A DNA stretch of 63,680 nt, the filler included, from Nemertoderma westbladi (Eukaryota; Animalia; Xenacoelomorpha), in the NCBI GenBank assembly GCA_032718475.1. It is 3 parts of 3 records of this genome, joined end to end, with 100 filler letters (N's around TTAATTAATTAA, not from the genome) between each part and the next. Parts side by side here need not be neighbours in the genome. Positions count along the whole stretch, not along the records: positions 23,632 to 51,473 come from JAUCBJ010005617.1; positions 51,574 to 63,680 come from JAUCBJ010003202.1; 1 more part is not named here. One strand, given 5' to 3'. Each line of letters begins with the position of its first letter. Within the stretch, counting starts at the first letter, position 1. Position numbers and translations under genes: made by a program. Shown piece after piece: positions 49,952 to 62,600 of this stretch. A model generated the notes under the pieces. The model did not search any database, was not told the origin of the DNA, and saw only the letters and a list, made by a program, of their open reading frames with translations.

Positions 49952-50812
49952 CTGACCAACTAACCCAAACCAAGATAATAAACCCAACCATCTTTACAAG
50001 AATAAATGGTTATGATAGGCCTATGACAGGCCAGTGTACCGGTAACTGTCTAACTAAAAGGTAGTTTGCAACAGTACTGCAGTACAAGTAAGAAAAAGTG
50101 TGGGTACCGGAAACTGCATTGAGCCGCCTTGCCATGCCTGTCTGTCCTAATGTATGTAATTTTCCTTAAAACCTAACAATTGAATAATTTTGATGACCAA
50201 CATTTTCAAAGATCTCTGAAAATATCGAAATTAAAAAAAAATGTAATGCAAATATTTAAATTTGGACTTCAATTAATTTTATGTCATATACCCGACTGAC
50301 CTACGCCTGTGCGCTTAGCTGGATGATTAAATAATTAACATGATTACTGTGCAGTGTAAATTACGTATATTACTGTATTACTCTATGTACCGGGCGGTGG
50401 ACCGGTACGTTCACGCATCCTCTGTGACCAGTCAGCCAGTGACACCTCAACTGACACAAATGTTATGTTAATAACATATCATGACAACGATTTCGTGACA
50501 CTGAAATCAGATACTGGCTGACTGGTGTAATTAATCCAAACTAAAGAAATAGGACTGCCGATGAGGGGCACAAATAACCTTATTATATTACCTTGTGTTG
50601 GTGAGCATTGTGGTCGTGGAGCAATAAGCTATCATGTCTGGACAGAAAATCAACTTACTAATGAATGCATAGACCAGTCTAGTCAGCTAGTTTAAGTCTA
50701 GTATTAATAAATACAGTAGTATGTATGTCTTTTATTCTGTATTAAATAAATTGGAGATGAGCTGTTGCAACTGTAATTAAAGGTGTAACATTATGGGTTT
50801 GTTCAGAAGTGG

Positions 50813-50913
50813 AAAAAATGGGAGCGCGTCACCGGGGGTTGAACCAGCGCTATACGCACGTTTCGGCCTAACAGGCCTCATCAGTAGCGCTAACCAGCTC
50901 AGCCACTAGCCCC
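50813..50913 (-). promoter_or_regulatory. tRNA-like Pol III unit enclosing the hammerhead (second copy at 51153-51253)
   Basis: A box TGGCTGAGCTGG (50894-50905), B box GGTTCAACCCC (50835-50845), T6 terminator (50813-50818). Confidence 0.7.
50846..50891 (-). ncRNA. Type I hammerhead ribozyme, copy 1
   Basis: AGCGCUA-CUGAUGA-GGCC-UGUUA-GGCC-GAA-AC-GUGC-GU-A-UAGCGCU: intact core, stem I 7 bp, stem II 4 bp, minimal stem III; GUA cleavage site at 50853/50852. Confidence 0.92.
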
Positions 50914-51185
50914 TGACACTCGCAGTCCCACCTAATCCACTTCTATTGAACGGGCAGTCTTAAGTTGCAAATATTCTATCTCTAACAGCGGACCTAACGG
51001 CCTCAAGTATGCTAGAGTGAAACAGGAGGGAAGTACAAATAAATAAATATTCAGCTCGGTATTGCTGCCAGGTGATATTAATTAAATAAATTGGAGATGA
51101 GCTGTTGCAACTGTAATTAAAGGTGTAACATTATGGGTTTGTTCAGAAGTGGAAAAAATGGGAGCGCGTCACCGGGGGTTGAACC

Positions 51186-51231
51186 AGCGCTATACGCACG
51201 TTTCGGCCTAACAGGCCTCATCAGTAGCGCT
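51186..51231 (-). ncRNA. Type I hammerhead ribozyme, copy 2
   Basis: Identical to copy 1, offset by 340 bp. Confidence 0.92.
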
Positions 51232-51473
51232 AACCAGCTCAGCCACTAGCCCCTGACACTCGCAGTCCCACCTAATCCACTTCTATTGAACGGGCAGTCT
51301 TAAGTTGCAAATATTCTATCTCTAACAGCGGACCTAACGGCCTCAAGTATGCTAGAGTGAAACAGGAGGGAAGTACAAATAAATAAATATTCAGCTCGGT
51401 ATTGCTGCCAGGTGATATTAATTAAATAAATTGGAGATGAGCTGTTGCAACTGTAATTAAAGGGTGTAACATT

Positions 51474-51573
51474 NNNNNNNNNNNNNNNNNNNNNNNNNNN
51501 NNNNNNNNNNNNNNNNNTTAATTAATTAANNNNNNNNNNNNNNNNNNNNNNNNNNNNNNNNNNNNNNNNNNNN
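51474..51573. other. Assembly gap with TTAATTAATTAA linker
   Basis: N run with the same spacer as the first gap. Confidence 0.98.
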
Positions 51574-51684
51574 TTAACTATATTCATACTGTGGTTCGTA
51601 ATTGTATGGGACGACTAGCGATTACTTGTTGTTCCCTACCTATTGAACATCATGCCTGATATCGCTAATCCTACCTATCCAAGT

Positions 51685-52137
51685 CATGTGGATGACTTCT
51701 GCTACTTGGGATCCTGGATCCGAATCCGAAAGTCAGGTTAATGAAGACCTTCTGATACGTAAGGGGAACGCATGGGTAGCATTGAATATTCTGTCCAGGA
51801 TTTCGAAGTCCCATAGAATAAAACAGATCCTCAAGGTCCGATTATTTAGAGCAGTAGTACCGGTACTCCTCTATGGGAGTCCATGAAGTCTACCAAATCT
51901 CTGTTTGGTACATCACAATAATGCTGCGCCGGGTTCATTGTATCAAGTACAATGATCACATTTCCAATCAGACTCTGTAGAAGATTGGAGGTATTTCATT
52001 AGTCTCCCCTAGCTTGACACTTAAATGGAGCCGCCTCCGCTTTACAGGACATTGCTTTCACCGTGAGGACCAGCCAGTGCATAATCTTGTGCTTTGGCGG
52101 CCTCATGGAGTGAATAATCATAGTGGACAGCACATGA
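51685..52137 (+). mobile_element. Older degenerate fragment of the RTE family
   Basis: Diverged match to 59961-60425 (HVDDFCYLGSWI, LKVRLFRAVVPVLLYGSP). Confidence 0.88.
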
Positions 52138-52401
52138 CAAACGTGGCCAGTGTGTCTAACTAAAAGAGATGTCAATTTCATAAAGGAAGCTAAAACTGAA
52201 TAAATAATATATATATAACAAAGTAATAACCGATGAGCTATATTTACACTCCACATTTAAAAACTTTATTGCCTACAATCAAAATTATAATATATAATGT
52301 AACTTATGAAACAGTGACAATTAATTAATGAGCGATAAGGTGCACCGCCTGGCCGCAGTTACAAAGCAGTGGTGACCTCGTCGTGCACCGCCTGGCCGCA
52401 G

Positions 52402-53631
52402 TTACAAAGCAGTGGTGACCTCGTCAATTCGATAGACTCCGGGCGCTTCCATATGGCTTACATCGTTGCCTGGCAACCGTCTCCGCAGGACGTGCATGAG
52501 ATCTTCCAACCGGACTATTTTATCGCGGTATTCGTCGAGTTCCCGCACCGCGTGCTCCGCTTCCGCACTGCCCCGCACGGCGGCGTCCGCTCGCAACGCT
52601 AAATACTCAGACTCCAAATCCCGCAACTCGCATTTCACCCGGTCCCGATCGCGTGACGTCACCAACGCTTTGTATTGCTCAGTCTCCAAGGTAACACCGG
52701 CGTTCCACATCTCCGTCTGTAGTTTCGTGCACCGCGCAATGACGGCATCGCGTTCCGCAATAACAGCCTTGAGTTCTTCAGCTGCGATTTCCGAGCGTTT
52801 TGTCATAGCGGCGCCAAACGTATCGTAAACTGTCTGTCCCGCCACGGATACATCGTACGGGGTGCTCAACTCCGGAATTGTCTCCAATAGAGCGTAGAAA
52901 TGTGTCTCTTCGACATCGTCAACGTCTCCAAGATTTAAGGGAGTTTGCTGACGATGCCTTAATCGAAGCATTGCATCATCTCTCTCCTCCTCCAGATGAC
53001 GTATGCGTTGTTTCGCGACCTCTAGTTGCTTGGATTGCGCTATATGTAGTTCTTCCACAAGGGATGCCAAACGGTTATTATCTTTGGCCTCTAACTCTAC
53101 CTTTAACGACTCAACCTGCGACTTTAGAGCAGTTCTTTCTCTAGTTAGACCTTTAACTTTCTCTGTGAGAGTATCGTTACCGAGTTTCAACGCATCTACC
53201 TCAGCGAGTAACGACTGTATAGCGACTTGAGCTTCCTCGAGATTGCGTTCTAGACTCCTTTGTATGTTATCTACCGGCTGGTAATCCCTTTCTTCGCCAG
53301 TTCTCGCGAACTTTGCACCAGGAACCTTAGCTACTTGTCTCGTATTTTGACGATGATGTGATTCAGTTGTTCCTGTATTTCGTACTTTTCGCGATCTTCC
53401 TAACTCCTTATTAAGGTTAATATCGACGGTTCCACTGCCGCTTATTTTGTAAACAAGCTTGGGAATTCTAGAATGCGAGTTCCAATCGGAATAAACTGGG
53501 TTAAGTTTTTGAAGATCCTCCTCTTTGCCTTTCCTATTGGCTGGTAGTTCATTGTATACTGAAATACCTGGCCTATCATTGGCTATATTGATGACTTCCT
53601 TTAGAGTAATTAATTTGCTATGGGATCCCAT
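52402..53631 (-). CDS. MIPOL1: MIPOL1-like coiled-coil protein, intronless ORF
   Basis: LVEELHIAQ...LEEERDDAM, IAAEELKAVIAERDAVIARCTKL and RLEDLMHVLRRR resemble, from memory, MIPOL1 motifs (LVEEVYFAQ..EERDEA; ITAEEMSALIEERDAALSKCKRL; LVDVLRKK). First ATG at 53631. Confidence 0.72.
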   Translation of the reverse strand: MGSHSKLITLKEVINIANDRPGISVYNELPANRKGKEEDLQKLNPVYSDWNSHSRIPKLVYKISGSGTVDINLNKELGRSRKVRNTGTTESHHRQNTRQVAKVPGAKFARTGEERDYQPVDNIQRSLERNLEEAQVAIQSLLAEVDALKLGNDTLTEKVKGLTRERTALKSQVESLKVELEAKDNNRLASLVEELHIAQSKQLEVAKQRIRHLEEERDDAMLRLRHRQQTPLNLGDVDDVEETHFYALLETIPELSTPYDVSVAGQTVYDTFGAAMTKRSEIAAEELKAVIAERDAVIARCTKLQTEMWNAGVTLETEQYKALVTSRDRDRVKCELRDLESEYLALRADAAVRGSAEAEHAVRELDEYRDKIVRLEDLMHVLRRRLPGNDVSHMEAPGVYRIDEVTTAL

Positions 53632-54344
53632 AAATTCGTGAGGCGGTGGTGACAACAACGTATTAATAATATAATGAAGTTATTTTACAATAAATATACT
53701 AGTAGATGGCTTAAGAATAACAGACGAATAAGTATTTTCGTTTTTGTTTTTTTTCAAAGTTTATCACCTCTGTGATATCTCACTGGGTGGAAAAAGACTA
53801 AAAAGTAGCTAGTCTTGAAACTTTTACGGGTGCACCCTGCACCGGTTGATGAAATAATAAATTTAAATTAACGGGAAGATGAAGTAATAGATATTTTATT
53901 AATTTTATTTTGAGAAAAAGTAAAAAAATTTTGTTAAAAATTTTTCATTAATAAATATATAATTTAATAATCAAGAATAATATTAAAATTGATATTGATT
54001 CATTTTTATTCATTAATATTGTTTAACAAATAATAAGGATCGCACAAAACACGCGATATAAATACAGAAATTATTAGTTAGTCGGGTGATAAATGTAGTT
54101 TATTGTGTAAAATTTACATTTTAGTAGATTTATTATTATCACTGATATTTCAGGAAAAAAGATTTACATTACAGGGTTATTCCTGAAATAAAGAAAACTT
54201 CTTCCTAAATAGTGCCGGATATTTAGTATTTAATTTACCTTCAAATAAATATTGGCTTACATTTTCCGAAAAATGTCCTTAATACCGTCTAACGGGTTTT
54301 AATTGCCGGCTTTAATTTTAATACCGTCTATTGGTCTCTTCGGA

Positions 54345-56315
54345 AAGAATATAAGCGTCTTATCAAAGTTAAAATGTTAGCACATAAAGAAGAGCTTCTA
54401 CTAAACAGACTCCGCCAATCCGAGATAACCCCTTGGTCATTGTGGAAAGATGCAAGGGTCGCAACTGTAGCTCCAATAGATCTGAAAATTCTAGAACAGC
54501 ATTTTGAAACTCTTATCGGCCAAAACGAAACATCACCAGAATCACCACCAAATCAACCATTTTTCACACCGGTACCAGGTGAAAACGAATCGGACGATTG
54601 GTATAATCAGCCGTTTGGTGAAACAGAGGTGAACAACGCCATCAACAGAACAGCAAATGGGAAAGCTTGCGGCACAGATGGTCTGTTCTATGAACATTTC
54701 AAGCAAGTGATACCTTACATGATCACCATCCTAGTGTTATTGTTCAACACATGTCTGAATGTGAGTTACATTCCCCAGATTTGGAAGACCAGCATTATAA
54801 AAATATTATATAAAGGCAAGGGTAGCTACAGCGACCCCGGAAACTATAGGGGGGTGGCCATGATATGTGTACTTTTGAAGATATTTACATCAATGATAAA
54901 TGCACGTGTTATATCCAAGATAAAGACTATGTTACCCACAGAGCAATATGGGTTCATTACCGGGCGGTCGACGAGGCAGGCACTTAAGAAATTCATAGAG
55001 TTTGTAAATGTCACTGTGCATAATACTAACTCCAAACCGGTATATGCCGTCTTTGTTGACTTCAGAAAGGCGTTCGACTTGGTCGATAGAAATATATTGC
55101 TGTATAAGATGTACACACAATTTGGAATAAAAGGGAAGTTATTTCAACTTATTCGGGCAATCTTTAATAACTCTGTTAAAATCTATGATGGTATTAAATA
55201 CTCTTCACCAATAGTCCAATTACGTGGAATACTACAAGGTGACTGTTTTTCACCAACTGGTTTCATCATGTTTATTGCGGATCTCTCGACTTTACTCCGA
55301 CGTATAGGATCGGCACTACTATTTATATTTTTCGCAGATGATCTTGTTCTCTATTCTACAGAAAAAGAAGCTATCCAAGCTGGGCTAGATTAACTATATG
55401 AGTGGTGTAAACTAAATAAAATGCATGTAAATTTAGATAAAACAAAAGTTATCAAATTTCGGCGTGGTGGAAGACTGGCTAAGGCTGATGTGTTCAAATA
55501 CGGGGGCCTCCCAATAGAAATAACTAACCGGTACACCTACCTAGGGGTCACTCTACAACCTACATTGTGCTTTACCCAACACATTGAGAATAAAAAACAA
55601 CGGTCCTACACTCTAATAGGCTGCTTGAGAAATCTGAACCTCGTCTCTATCAAAACTGGTGTAAAAATCTTCAAAATGAAAATATACCCCGCCGTAACTT
55701 ACGCTTTCCCGGAAATAGCTACACATTTGACAGTCTCAAATCTTAAAGAACTGGATAAAATTAAATCTACCTTTCTAAAACGCCTATTATCACTTCCGAC
55801 AAACGCATCGTCTACCCTGGCTCACAACCTTACCAACTGCAAAACCCTCACCGAAGATATATGTGAGCAGTATCCCAATATTATCAACCCAGCCGCATTA
55901 GAACTCTACCGCAATTTTCGAACGGAAAGGGATAATAACTTCTCAGGTCAAGGGTATATATTGGGGCCAGCCTTCAAGTCTAACGTCTGGAGATCCACTA
56001 ATCAAAGGAATCGCCACATAATAACAAGAACAACCGCGCATGGTTTCCACCATATAATTTTCTCCACAACAACCCCGTTTCATGAAAGAATGCAAACTTG
56101 CACGTGCAAATATTGCGGTAACAGCGCCGAGGACCTTTACTATGTTCTAGAATGCTCGAGCTCACCTGAACTTTCATCTCTAGCGGCACAATAATAGTCT
56201 ACAATAAAGATAAAGGCCTTAAGAATTGTAACAGATTTTTATATGAATGTATAATATAAATTGTTTATTTTATTGAGTATCTTATGTAAATATTTGAATG
56301 AATCGAAATAAAGGT
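54345..56315 (+). mobile_element. 5'-truncated RTEX-like LINE with one in-frame stop
   Basis: YKGKG..DPGNYRG, VDFRKAFD, GILQGD, FADD, KTKVIKFRRGG, HGFHH..CTCKYC. Stop at 55391; AATAAA at ~56307. Related to the 8922-12161 element. Confidence 0.9.
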
Positions 56316-57399
56316 CTCCATTTGCCCCGCGTGGGGGCGCAGTTTTTAAAAAAAAAAAAAAAGGCTTTTATTGCGCTTACATTACATTGGCTGATTGATT
56401 CTGCTGTAATATACTTTAGGTAGAGTAGCCTAGCACTTTTAAGTGTAGTTTTCACATGGTATTTTTCACATGGGCGCTTATATTTATTTTATCCAATATA
56501 AATAAAACAACTCAAACTCAACAAAATAAAACCGCCCAAATATATAACTAGTTTAATAAATAAATTATTCTACACACCTGCAGTAGGCCTACCACACAGG
56601 TTAATAATAACACTTTAGCAGGATAAATATATAGGTATTCTATTACATATTATTCAAGGAATTTAAATAACTGTGTTGAGGCAGAATGAAATTGATAATG
56701 GAAAGATAATAGTGGAATAGGAATGCTGCAGGCAATGTGAAGCTAATCTCTCTTCTGATTGGTTGGATGTCGGCTGTTGCTGTTTCTTTGGATGGGAAGG
56801 GGATAAATTGGATATTATTATTATTATTACATTGAACCAGATGGCAGTCTCGTATATGGGGTGGGGAGGGCACCACTGAGATTCCCTCCCAACCGACGAC
56901 TCTCTAGATAACCTCATGTTCTGACGCAAGAGGATGTCGCCAGGGGAGACAGGGTGGGAAACTGGACGCAAAACCCGCCTTGGCGAATTAATATCCCGCC
57001 TCAATGTTAAATTCTCAATTTAGGGAAAGGAGCAGGTTACAGGGGCACGTTATTTTAACCAAAACAATAAACTAAGCACAATAGAACATTTTACAGTTTT
57101 ATTTTTGAGAGTAATCAGCTGTTATTTGCGTCGAATTTTCCCTGGAGAGGGATGAATTTTTCTTGCTTTCAGTATGATAATAGCACAGAATCAGTACGTA
57201 CAGTAATTGATACCAGAATACAGAATGACAGCAGTAAATCAGTAATATATATTGGTTGGCGACGGTCGTAAACTATGACCGGTCTGCAACTCTGTGATTG
57301 ATCAACTGACCGGTAAATCAGTAATACAGAATAATATATGATTGATACACACAGATATTGGTTTCACCTCTTCTTACTCTACTTGGCCTTCTGTACCCA

Positions 57400-57448
57400 G
57401 TTCAATTCAATTTCAATTCAATTCAATTCAATTCAATTTCAATTTATT
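57400..57448. repeat. (TTCAA)n microsatellite, probably the tail of a minus-strand LINE
   Basis: (TTCAA)n followed by TTTATT, i.e. AATAAA plus an (ATTGA)n tail on the minus strand. Confidence 0.6.
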
Positions 57449-57557
57449 TATCATAGTTATGAAATATTACATAATATGCATAAGTCCGGACCTTCCGCAA
57501 TTATAGTGTTATAAGAAGCACAAGTGTGCTTCATTAAATACAGATAAGTACACGCCT

Positions 57558-60500
57558 GCCCTTGGTCCTGGATTAAGGACCCATATAGTTGGCTGCAGGG
57601 GTATATGGCCTGGCCAGGCAGATGGTGATCTACCAATGGCTGGTCAGGAGTAGAGTGTTCTCATGTCCACTCTGAGTGCACTTCACTGCGACCTGCACCT
57701 GGCAGCAGGGGTACAGGGCATGACCCAGCAGATGAGCTGCACAGCCAATGGTGGGTCATGTGCGCCAGAGTAGATATTGGTGATGGGCCTCATATCTGAC
57801 TCCACTGCGACACCCAACCTGTGGAATGGCAAACCAGGGTGTGGTATTTGCTCCGAGAGCTGACTCGGCAAAAAAGCACCCCCCAACCCCCACTATGGAT
57901 TACATTAGTAATGCGGAGGTCCGGCCACTAGAGGCCAGTGGAATGACTGGACACAATCGGCCTCACAGGCGTCAGTTATCTCCTGACCGGCTGCCTGTCT
58001 CACCCCCTACTGGAGAGAGAGCGGCAAACAATTCTTTGAGTCCCTTTCCTGATGACCTTTCTGGCCCAAACCCTGGGTCACCAGGGAGGCCAGATGGTGA
58101 TGGGGAGAGGGATTCTGGAGTTGGAGGCTAATCTCATGTTCCACCCCGACCAACAAAGCCATTGGTGAATCTGAGGCAAGTCACTAGACTAGCCTCAGTA
58201 AACACCCTAACACTCGGGTCCCCAATGCGACAAGGTGAGCTGACTGCCTTGGCAGATAAGCTTTCTCTTAGCGCAGTGGGTGTTCAAGAGCACCGAATGC
58301 AGACTGGACAGACTGATGAGGTTCTGATTAAGGACATGGGGGCGGTTGGCGACTCGCCCTCGCTTCAGCAAATGATAGTGGCAATGGTGGAATTGGTCTA
58401 TTGGTGAATCCAACTGCACATGCAGCATTGGACAAAATAGACAAAATCTCTAACCGCATCATCCGTTGCCACTTCTCATGTTCTGGAAGACTGGCTAAGA
58501 AGTTTCCTAAGGTGGTTCTGATTGTGTGCTACTCTCCAACTAGTGTTGCCCCTGTAGAGGAGGTGGAAAATTTCTACCATAATCTACAAGCAGCTACTGA
58601 TGGAGTGGATCAGCATGCATTCTTAACATTCCTGGGAGACTTTGAAAGAAAGAGTCCCGACTCAAACAGACTGCAGCGGCCAAGAATGCAGTTAAGGCTG
58701 CATCTAGGTCCCTGAATAGGCAGTACTCTGTTAATCTACAGGAGCTAATAAACCAACAGATTGATGCCATCAATGATGCTGACGACAGCAGGCAATCATC
58801 CCAGGCATGGAAATCGATCAACTTGCTTACTGGTCGGAAAAGCAAACCAACCACCAAGGTTAAGGCTGAATCACCAGCCGATCGCCTCAATGGTTGGAAG
58901 GCCCACTTTGAAAAGCTCCTCAATAATGACAGGGTATTGCCTGATAACTTTATAGAAGTAAAAGTGTCTGAGTCTGTACTCCCAGATATTCCCATTGGCG
59001 ATATCTCCTTTGCAGAAGTGAAGGCTGCTGCAAAGAGCATTAAGACCAATCGTGCCAGTGGAGTAGATGGATCCCCCTGAGGTCTTTAAAATACCTGAGT
59101 GTTTAAAGCTCATCTATCCCATCATGGTAGACATGTACCGAACAACAAGAGTCCCACAAGAAATGAAAACAAATAAGTTGGTGCCAGTTCCCAAGAAGGG
59201 CAACCTAACACTCTATGGTTCTTTTAGGGGAATCTCATTGATCTCGATTGCTGCAAAGCTATACAATAGAATTATATTAAATCGCATCATGGATCCCATT
59301 GAGAGACTGCTCCGTGGAAATCAGAATGGGTTCCGTAAAGGTCGTGGGACCATGGAGCCCATTTTGGCACTTAGACGGATAATAGAAGAGTTATCAAAAA
59401 AGAAAAACAGGCATCTGGCTGTTATCTTTGTTGACTTCTTCAAGGCCTTTCATTCAGTCTCTCGCTCACGCATGTTCAGCATACTTTCATTATATGGGAT
59501 TCCTGATGAAATTATTGCAGCAATCAGATCAGTATACGATGGTTCGACAACATTTATGTCTACTGTTGACGGTGACACAGAACCATTTGAAGTGTTATGG
59601 GGCGTCCTCCAAGGAGACACACTTGCACCATTCTTGTTCATTATTGTGGTTGACTATGTTCTACGCATGTCCTTAGATCATCATAATGATGATGGGGTGA
59701 TGATAACTCCACCTACTGGCTCCAGAAGTCGAGGAAATCCTGCAAAGTACCTAACTGATCTAGACTTTGCTGATGACTTAGGAGTACTCTCAGAATCACT
59801 AGAGGGAGCCCAACGGCTCCTCAGCTCATTAGAATATGCTGCTTTTAGTGTTGGTCTTTTTATTAACTCCAGAAAGACCAAAATTTTGACAGTTAACTTT
59901 GAAAGTCCTCAGCAAGTCTCTGATCGGATGAGCATAAGCTCAAAGGATGGTATGCTTTAGCATGTGGACGACTTCTGTTACCTGGGATCATGGATCCGGA
60001 AGTCAGGTGAGGACCTTCGAATACGTAAGGGAAAGGCATGGGTAGCCTTGAATAGGCTTCCCAGGATTTGGAAGTCACCGAGAATTAATCGGAAACTTAA
60101 GGTCCGATTATTTAGAGCAGCAGTAGTTCCAGTACTCCTCTATGGGAGTCCATGCTGGGCTCTAACTGCTGAGGACACCAAATCTCTGGATGGCACATTC
60201 ACAAGAATGCTACGCCGGGTTCATTGTGTCAAGTACAATGCACACATCTCCAACCAGACACTATATAACATTGGAGGTGTCGCATTGGTTCCCCCAAGCT
60301 TGACACTAGAACAAAATCGCCTCCGCTTTGCAGGACATTGCTTTCGCCGTGAGGACCAGCCAGTGCATAATCTTGTACTTTGGCAGCCTCATGGAGTGAA
60401 TAAGCATGGTGGACAGCCCATGACTTTCTTGAGACGCACCTTAAAGGATACTGGCCTTGAAGATGCGGATGATCTAGCAAATGTCATGGGTGATAGGGAG

Positions 60501-60595
60501 TTGTGGCGGCGCAATTTTGTCGACAAGCCGGCACAGCTTTCTTAAAAATGCAGCTGCAATGCAGCATGCCGATCATAGTAGTAGTAGTAGTAGTA
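57558..60595 (+). mobile_element. RTE LINE, copy B (disrupted)
   Basis: Same family as copy A. Retains the APE N-terminus (VNTLTL..GVQEHR) but lacks ~580 bp after LGDF; stops and frameshifts at ~58129, 58340, 59075 and 59958; (TAG)n tail. Confidence 0.95.
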
Positions 60596-60706
60596 TTCTA
60601 TGACGCAGGACATGGTGTACCGGTACACTGGTGAGTATGGTTGCCTGGTTGCCAGGGACCTTACAACTTTCTAAAAGTGGCTTTTTAATAGTTTTAATAG
60701 TTTTAA

Positions 60707-60897
60707 TAGTTTTCTTTCTAAAATAGTTTTCTTTCTAAAATAGTTTTCTTTCTAAAATAGTTTTCTTTCTAAAATAGTTTTCTTTCTAAAATAGTTTTCT
60801 TTCTAAAATAGTTTTCTTTCTAAAATAGTTTTCTTTCTAAAATAGTTTTCTTTCTAAAATAGTTTTCTTTCTAAAATAGTTTTCTTTCTATAGTTTT
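60707..60897. repeat. 17-bp minisatellite, ~11 copies
   Basis: TAGTTTTCTTTCTAAAA tandem units. Confidence 0.95.
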
Positions 60898-61239
60898 ATT
60901 TCCAATTCAATATCAGTTTATAAAATAGTTCTAGATACTGTATATCTAGATATTTATTCGGTAATGCTGTATGGGTGAAACAGAGTTAAGTTCTATATTT
61001 TACTCGGTAACGATTTGGCTGCGTAGTGGGTAGCTGGGTAGTCTTTGTCAGTGGATAGTTTGATGAGCTTGCAACATCCGGTGCATCTGAAACAGATGTT
61101 GATAGAGGAAGAGGTTCAATATGGGATTACTAGAGTATGTCTGAGACTCCCATGTTGGTTGTAGAACACTCCATATCATTGCTATTGTAATCCCGTAGCT
61201 CATTGTGTTGGTCTTGGTCCAGGATGGTTCTAGATGTTC

Positions 61240-62600
61240 TGGGCGGCGGCGCTGGACAACTTTGATATGGTTTTTACTGCGTTATAGAATACTCTCACCA
61301 CGTTTCAGTGTCAACTGACTCCCCTTGATATGCGTTACGTGGTAAGGTTTAGGATCAAAAGGAGGTTTTTGTCTTTGTTTGTTCGATAAGGACCGTGTAT
61401 CATCTTTGTTAATGGTATTATGTGTTGCCCTGTGGCGCTTGTCGAACTGAAGTTTTTGCTGTAACTTCTTGACATTATGTTCAGCGCGCATCTCTTTGAG
61501 ATCAGCAGAATCAGAAAGTGGCGCAACACTGGGCAATTTGGTTTTCAGTTTTCGGGTAAAAAGTAGTTCAGCTGGAGATCGACCTGTAGTCGAATGTGGT
61601 GTGGAACGATACTGTATGAAGTACCGATTGATCTCATTGCTGGTTTTTTTCATTCACAGACAGCAGTGTGTATTATTTCGCAGAGTACCTTGACAAAACG
61701 CTCAGCGAACCCATTGCACTGGGGGTCTCTGGGTGTCATTGGAATATGTTTAAACCCCATTCGTTTAGCAGACTGCAAAAATTAATCACTACCATAAGGT
61801 GGTCCATTATCTGTAATCTACTCATCAGGAATACCATGAGTGGCTTCGCAAAACTAGAACCATGCTTAATGGTTCTAGTTTTGCGAAGCTGGTAGATGTG
61901 ATAATGTCAACCTCGGGGTACTTTGAATATTGGCCAGTGATTAAATGGAGGTAATAATGAGACCCTTTGGGACCTTTGCAATCTTCATGTCGTTTCTGCC
62001 ATGGCCGATCTGGCAATAGATTAGGTTTCAGAGGTTCTGGAAAGGTGTGCGTAGTAGATGCTAAACAGGGTGTGCATATTTTAACATACAGTAGTCTGCC
62101 ACAGCAGCTGTCATTCCAGGGAACCAACATGATTGACGAATAAATGATATGGTTTTATCTTGTCCCATATTGCATTCGTGGGCAAGACCAATGATGTCGC
62201 CTGCAAGGAGGCTGGAATAACTACTGTATTTGGTTGTTCTCAATGCCATTAATGACTGTGAGTTCAGATAATTTTCTATAAAAATGTTTTTGAGAAGTTT
62301 TACAAAACTTATTAACACAAATATCCTTTATAATGGATTGACTTTCAGGGTCTTCTGGGTACAGCCAGAATGAACGAGAAAGTAATATAATTCTACCCGA
62401 CATGCAGATGAACCGCATGTGAAATCTGGGAACCTTTTTGGAAGCTGTCACTGATTACCAACCTTTGGTTTCCATATATAATAATCACGATTTGAAACCA
62501 AAGCAACTTCGTGTCGATAGACACCGTTCCAAACGATTACATACCTTGCGTACCATCACGTACCTTGCGATTATGCCTCGACGCATCCACCAAAACTAGA
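61240..62600 (-). mobile_element. Degenerate Ty3/Gypsy pol relic (RNase H to integrase)
   Basis: VDAS, LAHECNMGQDKT..IRQSCWFPGM, CTPC, DNGP, CNGFAERFV and YRSTPHSTTGRSPAELLF across broken frames. Confidence 0.85.

Larger units (their letters stand above)
50741..51473 (-). mobile_element. 340-bp tandem repeat carrying a hammerhead ribozyme (retrozyme-like); runs into a gap
   Basis: Units start at 50741, 51081 and 51421; the two full units appear identical. Confidence 0.92.

Noticed and set aside
50813-50913. Calling the Pol III unit a functional tRNA gene
   Set aside because: There is no anticodon arm (the hammerhead replaces it) and the acceptor stem is imperfect.
58313-58330. CTGATGAG as a possible further hammerhead
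   Set aside because: Lies in RTE coding sequence with no stem II or GAAA partner.
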